Source of the DNA: Flectonema sp. DT1601
Lineage: Eukaryota
Direction: 5' to 3'
Length of the DNA: 64,000 nucleotides
Assembly: GCA_964019425.1 (NCBI GenBank)
Contig: OZ025782.1
Span: 1,674,001 to 1,738,000, forward strand
Shown piece after piece: positions 1-11,242 of the stretch (within the stretch, counting starts at the first letter, position 1; each line of letters begins with the position of its first letter). The position numbers and the translations under genes were made by a program. The notes below the pieces were generated by a model. It saw only the letters and a list, made by a program, of their open reading frames with translations, ran no database searches and was not told where the DNA came from.

Positions 1-189
1 TTTTACCGTCCGATTTATTGACCTGATTTATACAACTGTGTTTATATCTTTTTCTTTTCCTTTCCTCTCACAATATGCCTTGAAGTTGTTTTTTGACGCT
101 GAAGAATGTGACTGGTGTTTTATATGTCTGACTTGTTGGTTTTTATGTTTATTTTTAATTAGTATACACACTACATTCGAGTTATTCAA

Positions 190-1590
190 ATGGAGAAGGA
201 CCCAGAAAACTTGGAATACTTGAGATCTCAGAATGTTCCAGACCTGGTTGACGGAGCCATTCAGCAGCTCGTGAAGGAGAAGCCGAAGGATGCCGGTCCA
301 TGGCTCGCTGAGTACTTTGACTACCCACCACACGGTATTGCCCGTGGTGTTAAGAAGCTCGAAGGATGGATTCAATTGGGATGTGGTGACAAGCCATACA
401 ACTGCACCGAGAAGAAAGCAACCTTCGCACCTGATGGAAAGTGTCCAGCAGAGTTACCAGATCTCTCTCAGCACAATAACTTCATGGCTGAGTTCCTAAG
501 AGATCACAAAGATATCTACGACAAGTACAAGGATGTTAGTACTCCGAATGGTATCACTCTAGCAATGTGTATGAAGACTGGAGTTGATAATCCAGGTCAT
601 CCTCACATTAAGACAGTTGGATTGACTGCAGGAGATGAGGAATCGTATGATGTGTTCAAAGAAATCTTTGATCCAATTATTGATGCTCGTCACAGTGGTT
701 ACGGACCTGAGGCTAAACAACCAACTGATCTCGACCTATCGAAGGTCAGCGACACTGACATGGATCCTGACAACAAGTACATCGAAACCACTCGTGTGAG
801 AACTGGTCGTTCGATCAGAGGATTTCGTCTTCCGCCAACCATCGGATTTGAGGAGCGTCGTAAGTTGGAAGCTCTCTCAGTGAAGGGATTGAAGAACTTG
901 GCAGGTGATCTGAAAGGAGATTACTACCCACTCCATGGAAGTCACTCGTACGCTGTGAAGCCTAACGGTATGTCAGAGGAGAAGGAAGGAGAGCTTCGTA
1001 AGATGGGCAACCTCTTCCAAGAGCCTGACAGCACTTTATTGTTAGCTAGTGGAATGGGTCGTCACTGGCCTGATGGAAGAGGAGTGTTTCACAATGAAGA
1101 CAAGAACTTGTTCGTTTGGGTGGGAGAAGAAGACCATTTGAGAATTGTCAGCATGCAGAGAGACAAGAACATGAAGGAAACTTTTGGAAGGTTTGTTAGA
1201 AGTTGTGAAGAAGTTCAGAAAGTATTGAAGACTGAAGGCAGTGACTTCATGCACTCAGATCACTTGGGATGGGTGTTGACTTGTCCTTCTAATTTAGGAA
1301 CTGGTTTAAGAGCAGGAACAATGGTAAACTTGCCTCTATTAAGTGCTAGAGCTGACTTCAAGGACGTCTTGAAGAAGATGAGACTCCAGGCCAGAGGAAC
1401 TGGTGGAGTTGATTCTGCATCGAGTGGAGGGAAATGGGACATTTCAAATGCTGACAGAATTGGAAGATCAGAAGTCGAGTTAGTGAACCTCCTTATTGAA
1501 GGAGTCGCTCAATGTATTAAGTGGGAGAAACTACTCGAGGAAGGAAAGACTGATGAAGTTGACAAGGCCGTCGCAGCCCTGGAGGGATAG
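190..1590 (+). CDS. Phosphagen (ATP:guanido) kinase with N-terminal RIIa/DPY-30-like docking domain, copy 1
   Basis: 466-aa ORF with TGVDNPGHPHIKTVG, RVRTGRS, WVGEEDHLRIVSMQ, CPSNLGTGLRA and DISNADRIG motifs. The N-terminus YLRSQNVPDLV...LVKEKPKDAGPWLAEYF fits a D/D helix pair. Confidence 0.95.
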   Translation: MEKDPENLEYLRSQNVPDLVDGAIQQLVKEKPKDAGPWLAEYFDYPPHGIARGVKKLEGWIQLGCGDKPYNCTEKKATFAPDGKCPAELPDLSQHNNFMAEFLRDHKDIYDKYKDVSTPNGITLAMCMKTGVDNPGHPHIKTVGLTAGDEESYDVFKEIFDPIIDARHSGYGPEAKQPTDLDLSKVSDTDMDPDNKYIETTRVRTGRSIRGFRLPPTIGFEERRKLEALSVKGLKNLAGDLKGDYYPLHGSHSYAVKPNGMSEEKEGELRKMGNLFQEPDSTLLLASGMGRHWPDGRGVFHNEDKNLFVWVGEEDHLRIVSMQRDKNMKETFGRFVRSCEEVQKVLKTEGSDFMHSDHLGWVLTCPSNLGTGLRAGTMVNLPLLSARADFKDVLKKMRLQARGTGGVDSASSGGKWDISNADRIGRSEVELVNLLIEGVAQCIKWEKLLEEGKTDEVDKAVAALEG

Positions 1591-2213
1591 AAATACCATT
1601 TTACGATTTAATAATTTACTTTTCCTTCCATTGTACACTACTTATGGTTGTCTGTTCTAATTTTCGAATTTTTCACAAAAAAAAAAAAAGCAATAATAAA
1701 AAAACAAAAGTACCCCTTCCCTTTCATCCCCACTAGTACACATAATACACTCTTTCGCATTTACCTTTTATTCCGCTAACATGAGCAGAAGCTGCTGAGA
1801 ATTGCTTAACGAAATCTGGTAAAATAAACCTTTGTAGATAGAAAAAAAAAAGAAAAAAAAATAATGTTCATATTTCTTATATGATTAACTTTCCTCCCTA
1901 TTTTATTGCTTTCCTTACAAAGCAGACTAGTTAAAAGTATAAACGCGTTTTTAGTACACATGTTTGGTGGTATTGCTGAGGCATCCTGTCGTTGTCGAGA
2001 TAGAGATGGGAAAAAAAAAAAAAAAAAAAAAAGTAAAAATTACAAATAAAACTTTTGAAAAACAGTAATGAAGAAAACGTATAATACACCGCGGGCAAGA
2101 GAAATAATTACTCGCCTACCTCCACCTCTCGTTCTCAAATAGTGAGAAATTTCTTTATCCTCTGATAGTTATTTTCTTCGCTTAGAATACACAGCGTTAC
2201 CAACCAAAACAAA

Positions 2214-3614
2214 ATGGAGAAGGACCCAGAAAACTTGGAATACTTGAGATCTCAGAATGTTCCAGACCTGGTTGACGGAGCCATTCAGCAGCTCGTGAAG
2301 GAGAAGCCGAAGGATGCCGGTCCATGGCTCGCTGAGTACTTTGACTACCCACCACACGGTATTGCCCGTGGTGTTAAGAAGCTCGAAGGATGGATTCAAT
2401 TGGGATGTGGTGACAAGCCATACAACTGCACCGAGAAGAAAGCAACCTTCGCACCTGATGGAAAGTGTCCAGCAGAGTTACCAGATCTCTCTCAGCACAA
2501 TAACTTCATGGCTGAGTTCCTAAGAGATCACAAAGATATCTACGACAAGTACAAGGATGTTAGTACTCCGAATGGTATCACTCTAGCAATGTGTATGAAG
2601 ACTGGAGTTGATAATCCAGGTCATCCTCACATTAAGACAGTTGGATTGACTGCAGGAGATGAGGAATCGTATGATGTGTTCAAAGAAATCTTTGATCCAA
2701 TTATTGATGCTCGTCACAGTGGTTACGGACCTGAGGCTAAACAACCAACTGATCTCGACCTATCGAAGGTCAGCGACACTGACATGGATCCTGACAACAA
2801 GTACATCGAAACCACTCGTGTGAGAACTGGTCGTTCGATCAGAGGATTTCGTCTTCCGCCAACCATCGGATTTGAGGAGCGTCGTAAGTTGGAAGCTCTC
2901 TCAGTGAAGGGATTGAAGAACTTGGCAGGTGATCTGAAAGGAGATTACTACCCACTCCATGGAAGTCACTCGTACGCTGTGAAGCCTAACGGTATGTCAG
3001 AGGAGAAGGAAGGAGAGCTTCGTAAGATGGGCAACCTCTTCCAAGAGCCTGACAGCACTTTATTGTTAGCTAGTGGAATGGGTCGTCACTGGCCTGATGG
3101 AAGAGGAGTGTTTCACAATGAAGACAAGAACTTGTTCGTTTGGGTGGGAGAAGAAGACCATTTGAGAATTGTCAGCATGCAGAGAGACAAGAACATGAAG
3201 GAAACTTTTGGAAGGTTTGTTAGAAGTTGTGAAGAAGTTCAGAAAGTATTGAAGACTGAAGGCAGTGACTTCATGCACTCAGATCACTTGGGATGGGTGT
3301 TGACTTGTCCTTCTAATTTAGGAACTGGTTTAAGAGCAGGAACAATGGTAAACTTGCCTCTATTAAGTGCTAGAGCTGACTTCAAGGACGTCTTGAAGAA
3401 GATGAGACTTCAGGCCAGAGGAACTGGTGGAGTTGATTCCGCATCGAGTGGAGGGAAATGGGACATTTCAAATGCTGACAGAATTGGAAGATCAGAAGTC
3501 GAGTTAGTGAACCTCCTTATTGAAGGAGTCGCTCAATGTATTAAGTGGGAGAAACTACTCGAGGAAGGAAAGACTGATGAAGTTGACAAGGCCGTCGCAG
3601 CCCTCGAGGGATAA
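2214..3614 (+). CDS. Phosphagen kinase, tandem copy 2 (identical protein)
   Basis: Same 466-aa translation as 190-1590. The differences I found are synonymous and near the 3' end, plus the stop codon (TAA vs TAG). Confidence 0.95.
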   Translation: MEKDPENLEYLRSQNVPDLVDGAIQQLVKEKPKDAGPWLAEYFDYPPHGIARGVKKLEGWIQLGCGDKPYNCTEKKATFAPDGKCPAELPDLSQHNNFMAEFLRDHKDIYDKYKDVSTPNGITLAMCMKTGVDNPGHPHIKTVGLTAGDEESYDVFKEIFDPIIDARHSGYGPEAKQPTDLDLSKVSDTDMDPDNKYIETTRVRTGRSIRGFRLPPTIGFEERRKLEALSVKGLKNLAGDLKGDYYPLHGSHSYAVKPNGMSEEKEGELRKMGNLFQEPDSTLLLASGMGRHWPDGRGVFHNEDKNLFVWVGEEDHLRIVSMQRDKNMKETFGRFVRSCEEVQKVLKTEGSDFMHSDHLGWVLTCPSNLGTGLRAGTMVNLPLLSARADFKDVLKKMRLQARGTGGVDSASSGGKWDISNADRIGRSEVELVNLLIEGVAQCIKWEKLLEEGKTDEVDKAVAALEG

Positions 3615-4604
3615 GCGAAGTCTTCTTATTGTACCACCACCGTTATATAATTAATTCTCTCTTTTATTGTTAATATAAACAAAGTAACAATTAGCCTACT
3701 CTCTTACTAAGGATATAACTGTATTTCACACGTGTTATGCTGACTTCTTTTTTGAAGAGCAGAATGGAAATGTTACTTTTTTTTTTTTTTGTTCTTTTTC
3801 TTTCTGATTTAACTGTGTGCCTCTGAAGCAAAAGTCATGCGGTTCAAGAAACGCTGTTGAATCTTCACCCCCGATAACTCCACTCATAATTTAAATGCAA
3901 GTACAAAAAAAAAAAAAAAAAAAAAAAAAGGAAAAGTGAGGTAGCAATACCTATTACTAGACTCTGGGTGATGGGGGGATGGGGGGGGGAGAAGAAGAAA
4001 GGCCTACTTTATAAGTCTTTGAAAGAAAAAAGAGTACCTTTTATGCTCAGCTGAGATTCGGTTTTTTATTTACCTCCTTTTTTCCTTCTTCTTGGAATAA
4101 TAAAACACTTACGGCAAGCATTATGCGAGGGAATTAAAAAAAAAAAAGAAAAAGAAGAAAATAAAGGAATAGTTGCCTTCTTTGGTATTCTAAGCAACAA
4201 GATACATGGATTTTAGTTTTCACTTGCTTTTCACCAATTCTTTTTTTTTTTTTTTTTTTTTTTAACCTTCTTGTAGGTGTTCATCCTTTTCACATGAGAG
4301 AGTAAAAAAAATGATCCCACAAAATTTTACTCTTAGAAAAAGTAAAAGTTTGTTTTCCGAAAAAAAAAAAAAAAAAAAAATAATGACAAAAATAAAACTA
4401 CCTTTTACAATACTTAACAATGGCAATCGTTCCCCCTTTCGAGATAGCCTTTCTCTGTTGATAAAAAAAATATATGAAAAGTACACTGAACAAGAAATTT
4501 AACTTCTAAACAGTAAAAACATACCATGACGTAATTAGAATGGTTCGTTATGGAGAGAAGACTGCTACCGAATAAATTAAATGTATTATCACACTTAGTG
4601 ATCC

Positions 4605-7600
4605 ATGGAACATATCGAACGTGTTACAGAAGAAGAATGCCGAGATCTTGTTGATCAATATGCCTGTGAAACAGGAGGTGAAATTGTTTGGATAAACACG
4701 ATCGTTAGAAGAGCCAGGGTATTGTGTGGGACTCACCGGATGACCGACAGCGAAAAAGAAACTTTGGAAGGATTTTTCAATTTCGTAAAACTAAACAAAA
4801 AAGAATCCAACCACGCCTCAAGAATCACTTACGACAAGTGTGACCCTCCGAAAGAAGAACCCGCCAAAGACGCGATCCAGTTCCTGTACTACGTAAAAGA
4901 GTTAAGCCTGTTAGTAGCTAACAACGTGAAGTGTGTCACAACCCTCTTATGCAACAACAGTGAAATGTCAGTGGAACAGGTCCTGGAACACGGGCATCAC
5001 ATTACTGCTGCTGTATTTGCACCAGCTCATCATTTACTTCTTTTAGCGACGGCTAAAAGTTTATTGCTGATATACGACACACTCACTGTGTCTCCACCGT
5101 TTCCATTAAAAAAAAAAATTCACCTCGTCACTTCAGTATCCGCCATGCTCTTTAACGAATCCTTAAGTACACTATACTTAGGCATGTGGGACGGAGCTAT
5201 TAATATTGTGGCGAACATGTCTCATAGAGGAGGAATATCTGTTTGTCAGGAGCACAAGCATAAGTGGCATAGCCTTGGTATAACAGTTTTGAAGTTAATT
5301 AAGAGAGGAGGAGGTAATAGTGACCTCCTTTTGATAGCTTCTCTCGATAGCGCGATTGTAACGTATGACATTACCCAGCAGTGTGTGTTTGCGATATTTA
5401 ATACTAATCAAGGTATTCGTGACTGTGTTTGGAACAACGCATATGGAGCTCTTGTGTCAATTGCTACGGTTGCTCAGGCTCCAGTCATGTGGGTGTTGAA
5501 CACGCCGTCGGAGTACTATAATTTAACGGATAATTTGTGTCTTCATAGAACTGTTTTGATTGCTATTGTTACACATCCATCTTTGCCAACAGTTTTCACA
5601 CTCGATGTTGAAGGTATTATTAAAGTCTGGTCTCTCATCAGTCTTCACATCAGTCAAGTTCTTCGCGTTGGAAATTCAAATTCCCGTTCACGGACATCAT
5701 CGGGTGGACTTCTTTATATACCTGAGAATAATATATTAATAGCTTTTTCAATTCAAGTCACCAGATGGGCAGAACACTCAAAGATTGAAGACGCGTACAC
5801 AACCTCAACCAGTTCTCTTTATGGTATCAAAGCAATTCTACCACCGACAGAAGCGGATTCTGAGTGTATTCGTGTTGTTAAATATTCACACAAGACTGGA
5901 ATGATAATAACTGCCTCAGGTAAAGACATAATTGAATGGTGCGGAGAAGCTATCAATCCCAACATCAAAGAATCACCAACATACTCAACTCCACAAGTCT
6001 CCAGATCCATAACAAGTTTGTTATGGTTGTCCCCAGCAACATGCACAGTCATATGTGTTACTGATGTGAATAAAGTTTTTATAGGAACTTCCGATGGTCA
6101 TATTTGTGGATATTTCCAATTGCAGCTGCTGGAAAAGTTTCAAAAAGCTAAAGACGCGGTTTGTTTTGTTCTTTATTCTGAGGGTAGAAAACAATTAGTG
6201 GCGGGACACACCAGAGGGACGTTAATCTTCCACACTGGTGAACGAACCAATGTCTGGGAGAGTAAAATAGCTGCGGGGTGTGAAATAACGTGTGCGGAGT
6301 TTGTAAACCAAGACCAGACTTTGATTGCTGTTTGTACTTCTATCGGATCTATTCACCTTATAGATACACCTGCCAGGAGACTTATATCTGTTGCAAGCGC
6401 ATCATGTCATGAAATAAACGCTCTTGTTTGTCTTACTAGGTTTTCTCCAAACGTGTTGGACGAACAAATATTGTTCGCTACGGGTACTTCGGGAGGGATT
6501 ATTTATTTTTGGCAATTCGTTCATGAAGAAGAAGTGAAGATATCCGAAAGTGTAAAGTGTCGTTATAAAGATTATACGGGATTCGTTTCTGTATTAAGAA
6601 CATCGAGGAAAACATCGAATCCAAAATTCCTTTCAAAGAAATACTCTTCTAATCGAAATCGAGTACAACATTATCGACGACCAGCCATTACTGTATTACA
6701 AGTAAGCAGTACTGATTTAGGCTTACTGTTCTGTTGTGATGATGAAGGCTGGGTATCCGTATTCGATGTTGGTTGGGTTGTTCAAGCCATCGCGTCAGAT
6801 CCTAAAATATCCATACCTGGAAAACAAATAAAAATGATATCACAATGGCGAGCTCACGAAGATGAAATCTGCTCAATGACAATAACAAATAATGTTGTTG
6901 TTACTGCAGCGATTCTTCATACGATGTCAATGTTGTGGTCATATTGCGGGGAGTATATTGGTAAGTTGTGTCCTTCAAGTCCGGTATCGGATCCACGAGA
7001 TCGAAAGTCAATTCGATCTTCAGTTGTTGTTCCGAAACCGACGCGTTCTTCCCTTGGACTAACTGATTGGTCACTGAGTAAAATGAACGTAGAAAACAAC
7101 AACAACAACAGCAACACAGCATCAAATCGCTCTGTCTGCTTTCCATCTGTTGACATCACAAATCCCCCTCGCAGTCCTGTTGAGAGGGTCTTGGAGGAAA
7201 CTCAACGTTTACCCCGACACCTATTCGACACCTGTGATAATGACAATTTAAACCTGTCAGATTACTTGTTACAAAAGAAAAGAAAATATATTAACAGACT
7301 ATCAGCACAAAGACAAATCTACACAACCAAAACCCAAGCTAAAGAGTCACCTGAAGAAGCAGTAACAAGACTCCAAACAATGATTGAACCTTCCCAGTGG
7401 GTTCCTCGATCAGAAATAAGTTGGAGAGGAAGGAAATGGGATGCTACTAATGTGATGGATTCAGGTAAACCTTTATCAACGACAAGCTCTATTGCTATTG
7501 ATAAACAAGTAAATCAGGTGAGAGTTATCGTAAAAACTCATAAAACAGGAATATGTAATCGAATCATTGTTTCAAAACCACCAAAAGAACCACCTCCATT

Positions 7601-8342
7601 AGTACCAAATCCAAGACGAAAACATACACTTCAAGATATTCTGTACTTAGCAAGTAAAGATCTTGTTAGTACAGATCAAAAAAGTCGAAAGTCTCCTTCA
7701 GCAGAGAGGCGTCTTCTTTCTTCTGCTGTTACGAGGTGGGAAGCAACACAAAAATTGCAAGGATTTGTTAGCAGATCGAGCCTTCATACTCCGAGTCATA
7801 CTCGCAGAGTTCCTCGTGCAACAGACAAGAAAAGTAGCTCTGTGTTGCCGGTATCTATTCTGAATATTAGAGATATGCACAACTTCGAGCCAATCTCTGA
7901 ACTTATGCGAGACGTAGAATCCGGTATTCCTGTGAAAAAGTGGACCGCTGTTGTTAGAGAAATTTCAAAAAAGGGAACAGCTTGCATTGACAACAATGTT
8001 AAGGCCTTTTTACAGACGTTTCAACAGGGGAGGAGGGGAATTCCATTATTGAAAAAAGCGGTTCAAGAATGTCATGGAGGAAAGTTCGTTAGTAACCGTA
8101 ACGAACAATTATCAAACACAGGAAATGAATTAGATAACGCTATTCATCAAGTGAATAAAAGTAAACCAAATAAACAAACTGGTCTATCACAATCACTAAC
8201 TAACACGTCGGTATTCGATACTCGTTGTAATAGGGGTGACACTCCAGACACGCCTCTCACACCTGATAGCATCTTTCATTACAACGACGTACCATTCTCT
8301 GTTTTCATTGAGGAGATGAGACAGATAAATATGACCAGCTAG
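4605..8342 (+). CDS. Divergent WD40/beta-propeller protein with low-complexity C-terminus
   Basis: 1245-aa ORF with WD-like units (LYLGMWDGAINI, IASLDSAIVTYD, TLDVEGIIKVWS, QWRAHEDEICSM). Confidence 0.7.
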   Translation: MEHIERVTEEECRDLVDQYACETGGEIVWINTIVRRARVLCGTHRMTDSEKETLEGFFNFVKLNKKESNHASRITYDKCDPPKEEPAKDAIQFLYYVKELSLLVANNVKCVTTLLCNNSEMSVEQVLEHGHHITAAVFAPAHHLLLLATAKSLLLIYDTLTVSPPFPLKKKIHLVTSVSAMLFNESLSTLYLGMWDGAINIVANMSHRGGISVCQEHKHKWHSLGITVLKLIKRGGGNSDLLLIASLDSAIVTYDITQQCVFAIFNTNQGIRDCVWNNAYGALVSIATVAQAPVMWVLNTPSEYYNLTDNLCLHRTVLIAIVTHPSLPTVFTLDVEGIIKVWSLISLHISQVLRVGNSNSRSRTSSGGLLYIPENNILIAFSIQVTRWAEHSKIEDAYTTSTSSLYGIKAILPPTEADSECIRVVKYSHKTGMIITASGKDIIEWCGEAINPNIKESPTYSTPQVSRSITSLLWLSPATCTVICVTDVNKVFIGTSDGHICGYFQLQLLEKFQKAKDAVCFVLYSEGRKQLVAGHTRGTLIFHTGERTNVWESKIAAGCEITCAEFVNQDQTLIAVCTSIGSIHLIDTPARRLISVASASCHEINALVCLTRFSPNVLDEQILFATGTSGGIIYFWQFVHEEEVKISESVKCRYKDYTGFVSVLRTSRKTSNPKFLSKKYSSNRNRVQHYRRPAITVLQVSSTDLGLLFCCDDEGWVSVFDVGWVVQAIASDPKISIPGKQIKMISQWRAHEDEICSMTITNNVVVTAAILHTMSMLWSYCGEYIGKLCPSSPVSDPRDRKSIRSSVVVPKPTRSSLGLTDWSLSKMNVENNNNNSNTASNRSVCFPSVDITNPPRSPVERVLEETQRLPRHLFDTCDNDNLNLSDYLLQKKRKYINRLSAQRQIYTTKTQAKESPEEAVTRLQTMIEPSQWVPRSEISWRGRKWDATNVMDSGKPLSTTSSIAIDKQVNQVRVIVKTHKTGICNRIIVSKPPKEPPPLVPNPRRKHTLQDILYLASKDLVSTDQKSRKSPSAERRLLSSAVTRWEATQKLQGFVSRSSLHTPSHTRRVPRATDKKSSSVLPVSILNIRDMHNFEPISELMRDVESGIPVKKWTAVVREISKKGTACIDNNVKAFLQTFQQGRRGIPLLKKAVQECHGGKFVSNRNEQLSNTGNELDNAIHQVNKSKPNKQTGLSQSLTNTSVFDTRCNRGDTPDTPLTPDSIFHYNDVPFSVFIEEMRQINMTS

Positions 8343-8607
8343 TTACTGTTATTATTATTGCCTCATTTACACTTCGGGATAGGGCTGGTTGTCTTCTGAC
8401 AGCCGATGCTCGTTGTTTTTGTTCGTCAAGTGAAATTGTTGTGTAAAATTACATAAGCTTCCCCCCCCATCAAGTTACCCTCGTCATATAATACAATACC
8501 TTATGAATCTTTACTGATTATTAGAAACACATAATAAAGTATTGCTTTCGAGGTTGAGAGTCTTTTCAAACACATTTCCCCTTCTCAGTTATATTACTAC
8601 TAATAAA

Positions 8608-9681
8608 ATGAAGGCAATCTCATTCGCGCTTATGGTGTCCGTCGGTCTTGCCGAGGGATACAGCTTCTCTGACTACGCCAAGGAGTACAACAAGGTTTAC
8701 GAGCCTGAGGAGTTCACTAGACGTGAGGCTATCTTTATCAAGAACCTCGAGTACATTACTACTCACAATGCTGAAGTAGGAAAGACTTGGACTGCAGGAC
8801 TTAACGAATACACTGACTGGTCAAATGATGAGTTCAAATCTAAGAGAACTGGTATCAGTAAGAAGATGTTTTTCAACAATCACGAGTCCCGTCTTAACGG
8901 AGTTGACAGAAAGGTGAAAGACCTCCCAGCTTCGGTTGACTGGAGAACTCACAGCCCAAGTGTTATCTCTCCTGTTAAGAACCAGGGAGGATGTGGAAGC
9001 TGCTGGGCCTTCTCAGCCACTGAGTCTATCGAATCCGCTGTCGCTATTGCCACCGGAAAGCTTCCAATCCTTTCACCACAGCAGTTGACCAGCTGTGTTG
9101 AGAACCCAAGAAAGTGTGGTGGAACTGGTGGATGTGATGGAGCCACTCAACCAATTGCTTTCAACTACACCATTAACAGTGGAGGTTTGAGCACTGAATC
9201 TGATTACCCATACCAGGGTGTTACTGGTACCTGTGAGAAGGCTAAGATTAGGCCAGTTGCTGGTATCAAGGGACAGGTTGACTTGAAGCCAAACGATGCT
9301 GAGGCTCTTCAGACTGCTGTTGCCACCGTAGGACCAGTTGCTATCTCATTAGACGCTGGTAGTATCGGATGGCAGACATACAGATCTGGAGTGTTGTCAG
9401 GGGACTGTGGATCTGATATTGATCACGCTGTTCAGCTTGTTGGATACGGAAGTGATGCTGCAGTAGACTACTGGATTGTTCGTAACTCATGGGGAGCAAG
9501 CTGGGGAGAGGAAGGATACATCAGAATCATCCGTCACGCTGCTGGTAAGGCTCCATGCCAGACTGACACCAGCCCACAAGACGGATTCGGATGCAAGGGA
9601 GGACCATCAAGCATCCAGGTATGCGGTCTTTGCGGAATCCTCTCTGGATCTTCCTACCCAACTGGTGCCTTCAGCATCTAA
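8608..9681 (+). CDS. Papain-family (C1A) cathepsin L-like cysteine protease precursor
   Basis: Signal peptide MKAISFALMVSVGLA, I29-type prodomain (EEFTRREAIFIKNLEYITTHN), QGGCGSCWAF (catalytic Cys), DHAVQLVGYG (His) and YWIVRNSWG (Asn). ATG 8608 preferred over the track start at 8542. Confidence 0.95.
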   Translation: MKAISFALMVSVGLAEGYSFSDYAKEYNKVYEPEEFTRREAIFIKNLEYITTHNAEVGKTWTAGLNEYTDWSNDEFKSKRTGISKKMFFNNHESRLNGVDRKVKDLPASVDWRTHSPSVISPVKNQGGCGSCWAFSATESIESAVAIATGKLPILSPQQLTSCVENPRKCGGTGGCDGATQPIAFNYTINSGGLSTESDYPYQGVTGTCEKAKIRPVAGIKGQVDLKPNDAEALQTAVATVGPVAISLDAGSIGWQTYRSGVLSGDCGSDIDHAVQLVGYGSDAAVDYWIVRNSWGASWGEEGYIRIIRHAAGKAPCQTDTSPQDGFGCKGGPSSIQVCGLCGILSGSSYPTGAFSI

Positions 9682-10179
9682 ACACCTTCCGATGTTATTG
9701 TTGGATAAAACGTGTTGAAATAGCGTTTCTTTCTATTCCCTCCCTTTACTGGTTGTTCAATTTTCTTTTCACTGTTTTTTGAACGAGGGGTATGCTAAAA
9801 AAAAAAAAAAAAAATAATTAAAAACCCCCCGGTGATTTCTTTTCCTGCGAACGAGGAAAATGAAGAAAAAAAAGAAAAATAAACAAATAAATAAAGCGAT
9901 TATGTTCCATTTTTTTTGCCTTAACCTAGGCTAGACTGCTTTTCCGCGTGCTTCCTATCTTTGTGCATCACCTTTCTGTTTGGTGACTTGATACTTTTTA
10001 CGAACTTCCATAAATTTTGTTGAATTTCAGCTCACACAGAACCAGTCTGTTAACAAATTCTTTTCAGTGATAACGTTGACAACTATGGAGATTAGGATGG
10101 CTGTGAGTTAGTATTTTACATTTCGTTGTTGACAAAGACTGTATTAAACATCTAACTATTCAGAGATTATAATTACAAC

Positions 10180-10923
10180 ATGAAGACACTCACAAGCATA
10201 GTGTTACTCGTGCTGCTATGTGCCTTACCAATTCAGAGTAAGAAAACAAGTGAAGTTATTGATGAAGAAGCTCGCAGATTTGAGACTTATGACATCCGTA
10301 AGTTATCATGCAGTGCTTGCCTTGCAGTCGTGTGGGAATTTGGTGCTCTACTGAGTCAAGAAACGACTGGAGCAGACTACGTTAATGGCAAGGGTGAGAA
10401 GATAGCTTACAGAAAAAGTGAGATGCGTGCCACTCTTATTTTGGAAAAACTGTGTCCACTTATGAAAGGCTACGGGTTATTTGTTAGAGACACTGATAAC
10501 ATTTCTCTATTTAGACGAATTGAAGACCATCATCATGGTACCGACCACTTGGGATCTCACAAACTAAAACTCTACTGCGAAGATCTACTTGGTGATCACG
10601 AAGACTTTTTTGAAACTTTAGTAAAACTAGGTGAGGGTCTCAACGCTGGAGACATGGAAGCCTTAGCAGAGACGGTCTGCGTCACTCGTGTTAAGAAAGC
10701 CTGTAAAACAAAAGAAGAAGCACTTGACAAGATGCCTTACAGAGACGACTACATTAAACTCCAAGAAGAAGCAGAGAAACGTAATGCAGCAGCTGAGAAA
10801 GAGGCGGCTGATGCTGAAGCGAAAGCCGACGACGCTGATCAGCTCAAAGAAAAGATTCGCCAAAGTATTGATAAGTTCGGAGGATCTTACAAAACTGCTG
10901 AAGAGAAGAGTGAAGAACTCTAA
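10180..10923 (+). CDS. Canopy/DUF3456 saposin-like ER protein
   Basis: Signal peptide, CSACLAV, RKSEMRATLILEKLC, LKLYCEDLL, and C-terminal SEEL (KDEL-like). Confidence 0.8.
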   Translation: MKTLTSIVLLVLLCALPIQSKKTSEVIDEEARRFETYDIRKLSCSACLAVVWEFGALLSQETTGADYVNGKGEKIAYRKSEMRATLILEKLCPLMKGYGLFVRDTDNISLFRRIEDHHHGTDHLGSHKLKLYCEDLLGDHEDFFETLVKLGEGLNAGDMEALAETVCVTRVKKACKTKEEALDKMPYRDDYIKLQEEAEKRNAAAEKEAADAEAKADDADQLKEKIRQSIDKFGGSYKTAEEKSEEL

Positions 10924-11242
10924 TCAAACGGTGGTTACTTTGAAAACGGAATGTAGCTTCCCGACAACTGCTATTCCATTTTCTTCACAATATGACCGTA
11001 CGAAATACTTTATTATTACCATGTAGTGATCTCTACATCACGAAAACTGTTCTCGATTCGAATAATTAGAACATAACTGGATTAATTAAGTGTGAGAGTT
11101 TTCCGAAGGTGTCTTTTTTTGACTCTATCATCTCTCGTCCTTTTCCAACAGCACAAATGAGTAGTACGTACACGTGTAGTTATGTGATTATGAATACTAA
11201 ATATGCTTCTGATTAATATTTCTCCTCAGATAGGAAACATAA

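Noticed and set aside
3965..3990. G-run cluster with G-quadruplex potential
   Set aside because: Indistinguishable from the general homopolymer slippage seen across the intergenic DNA.
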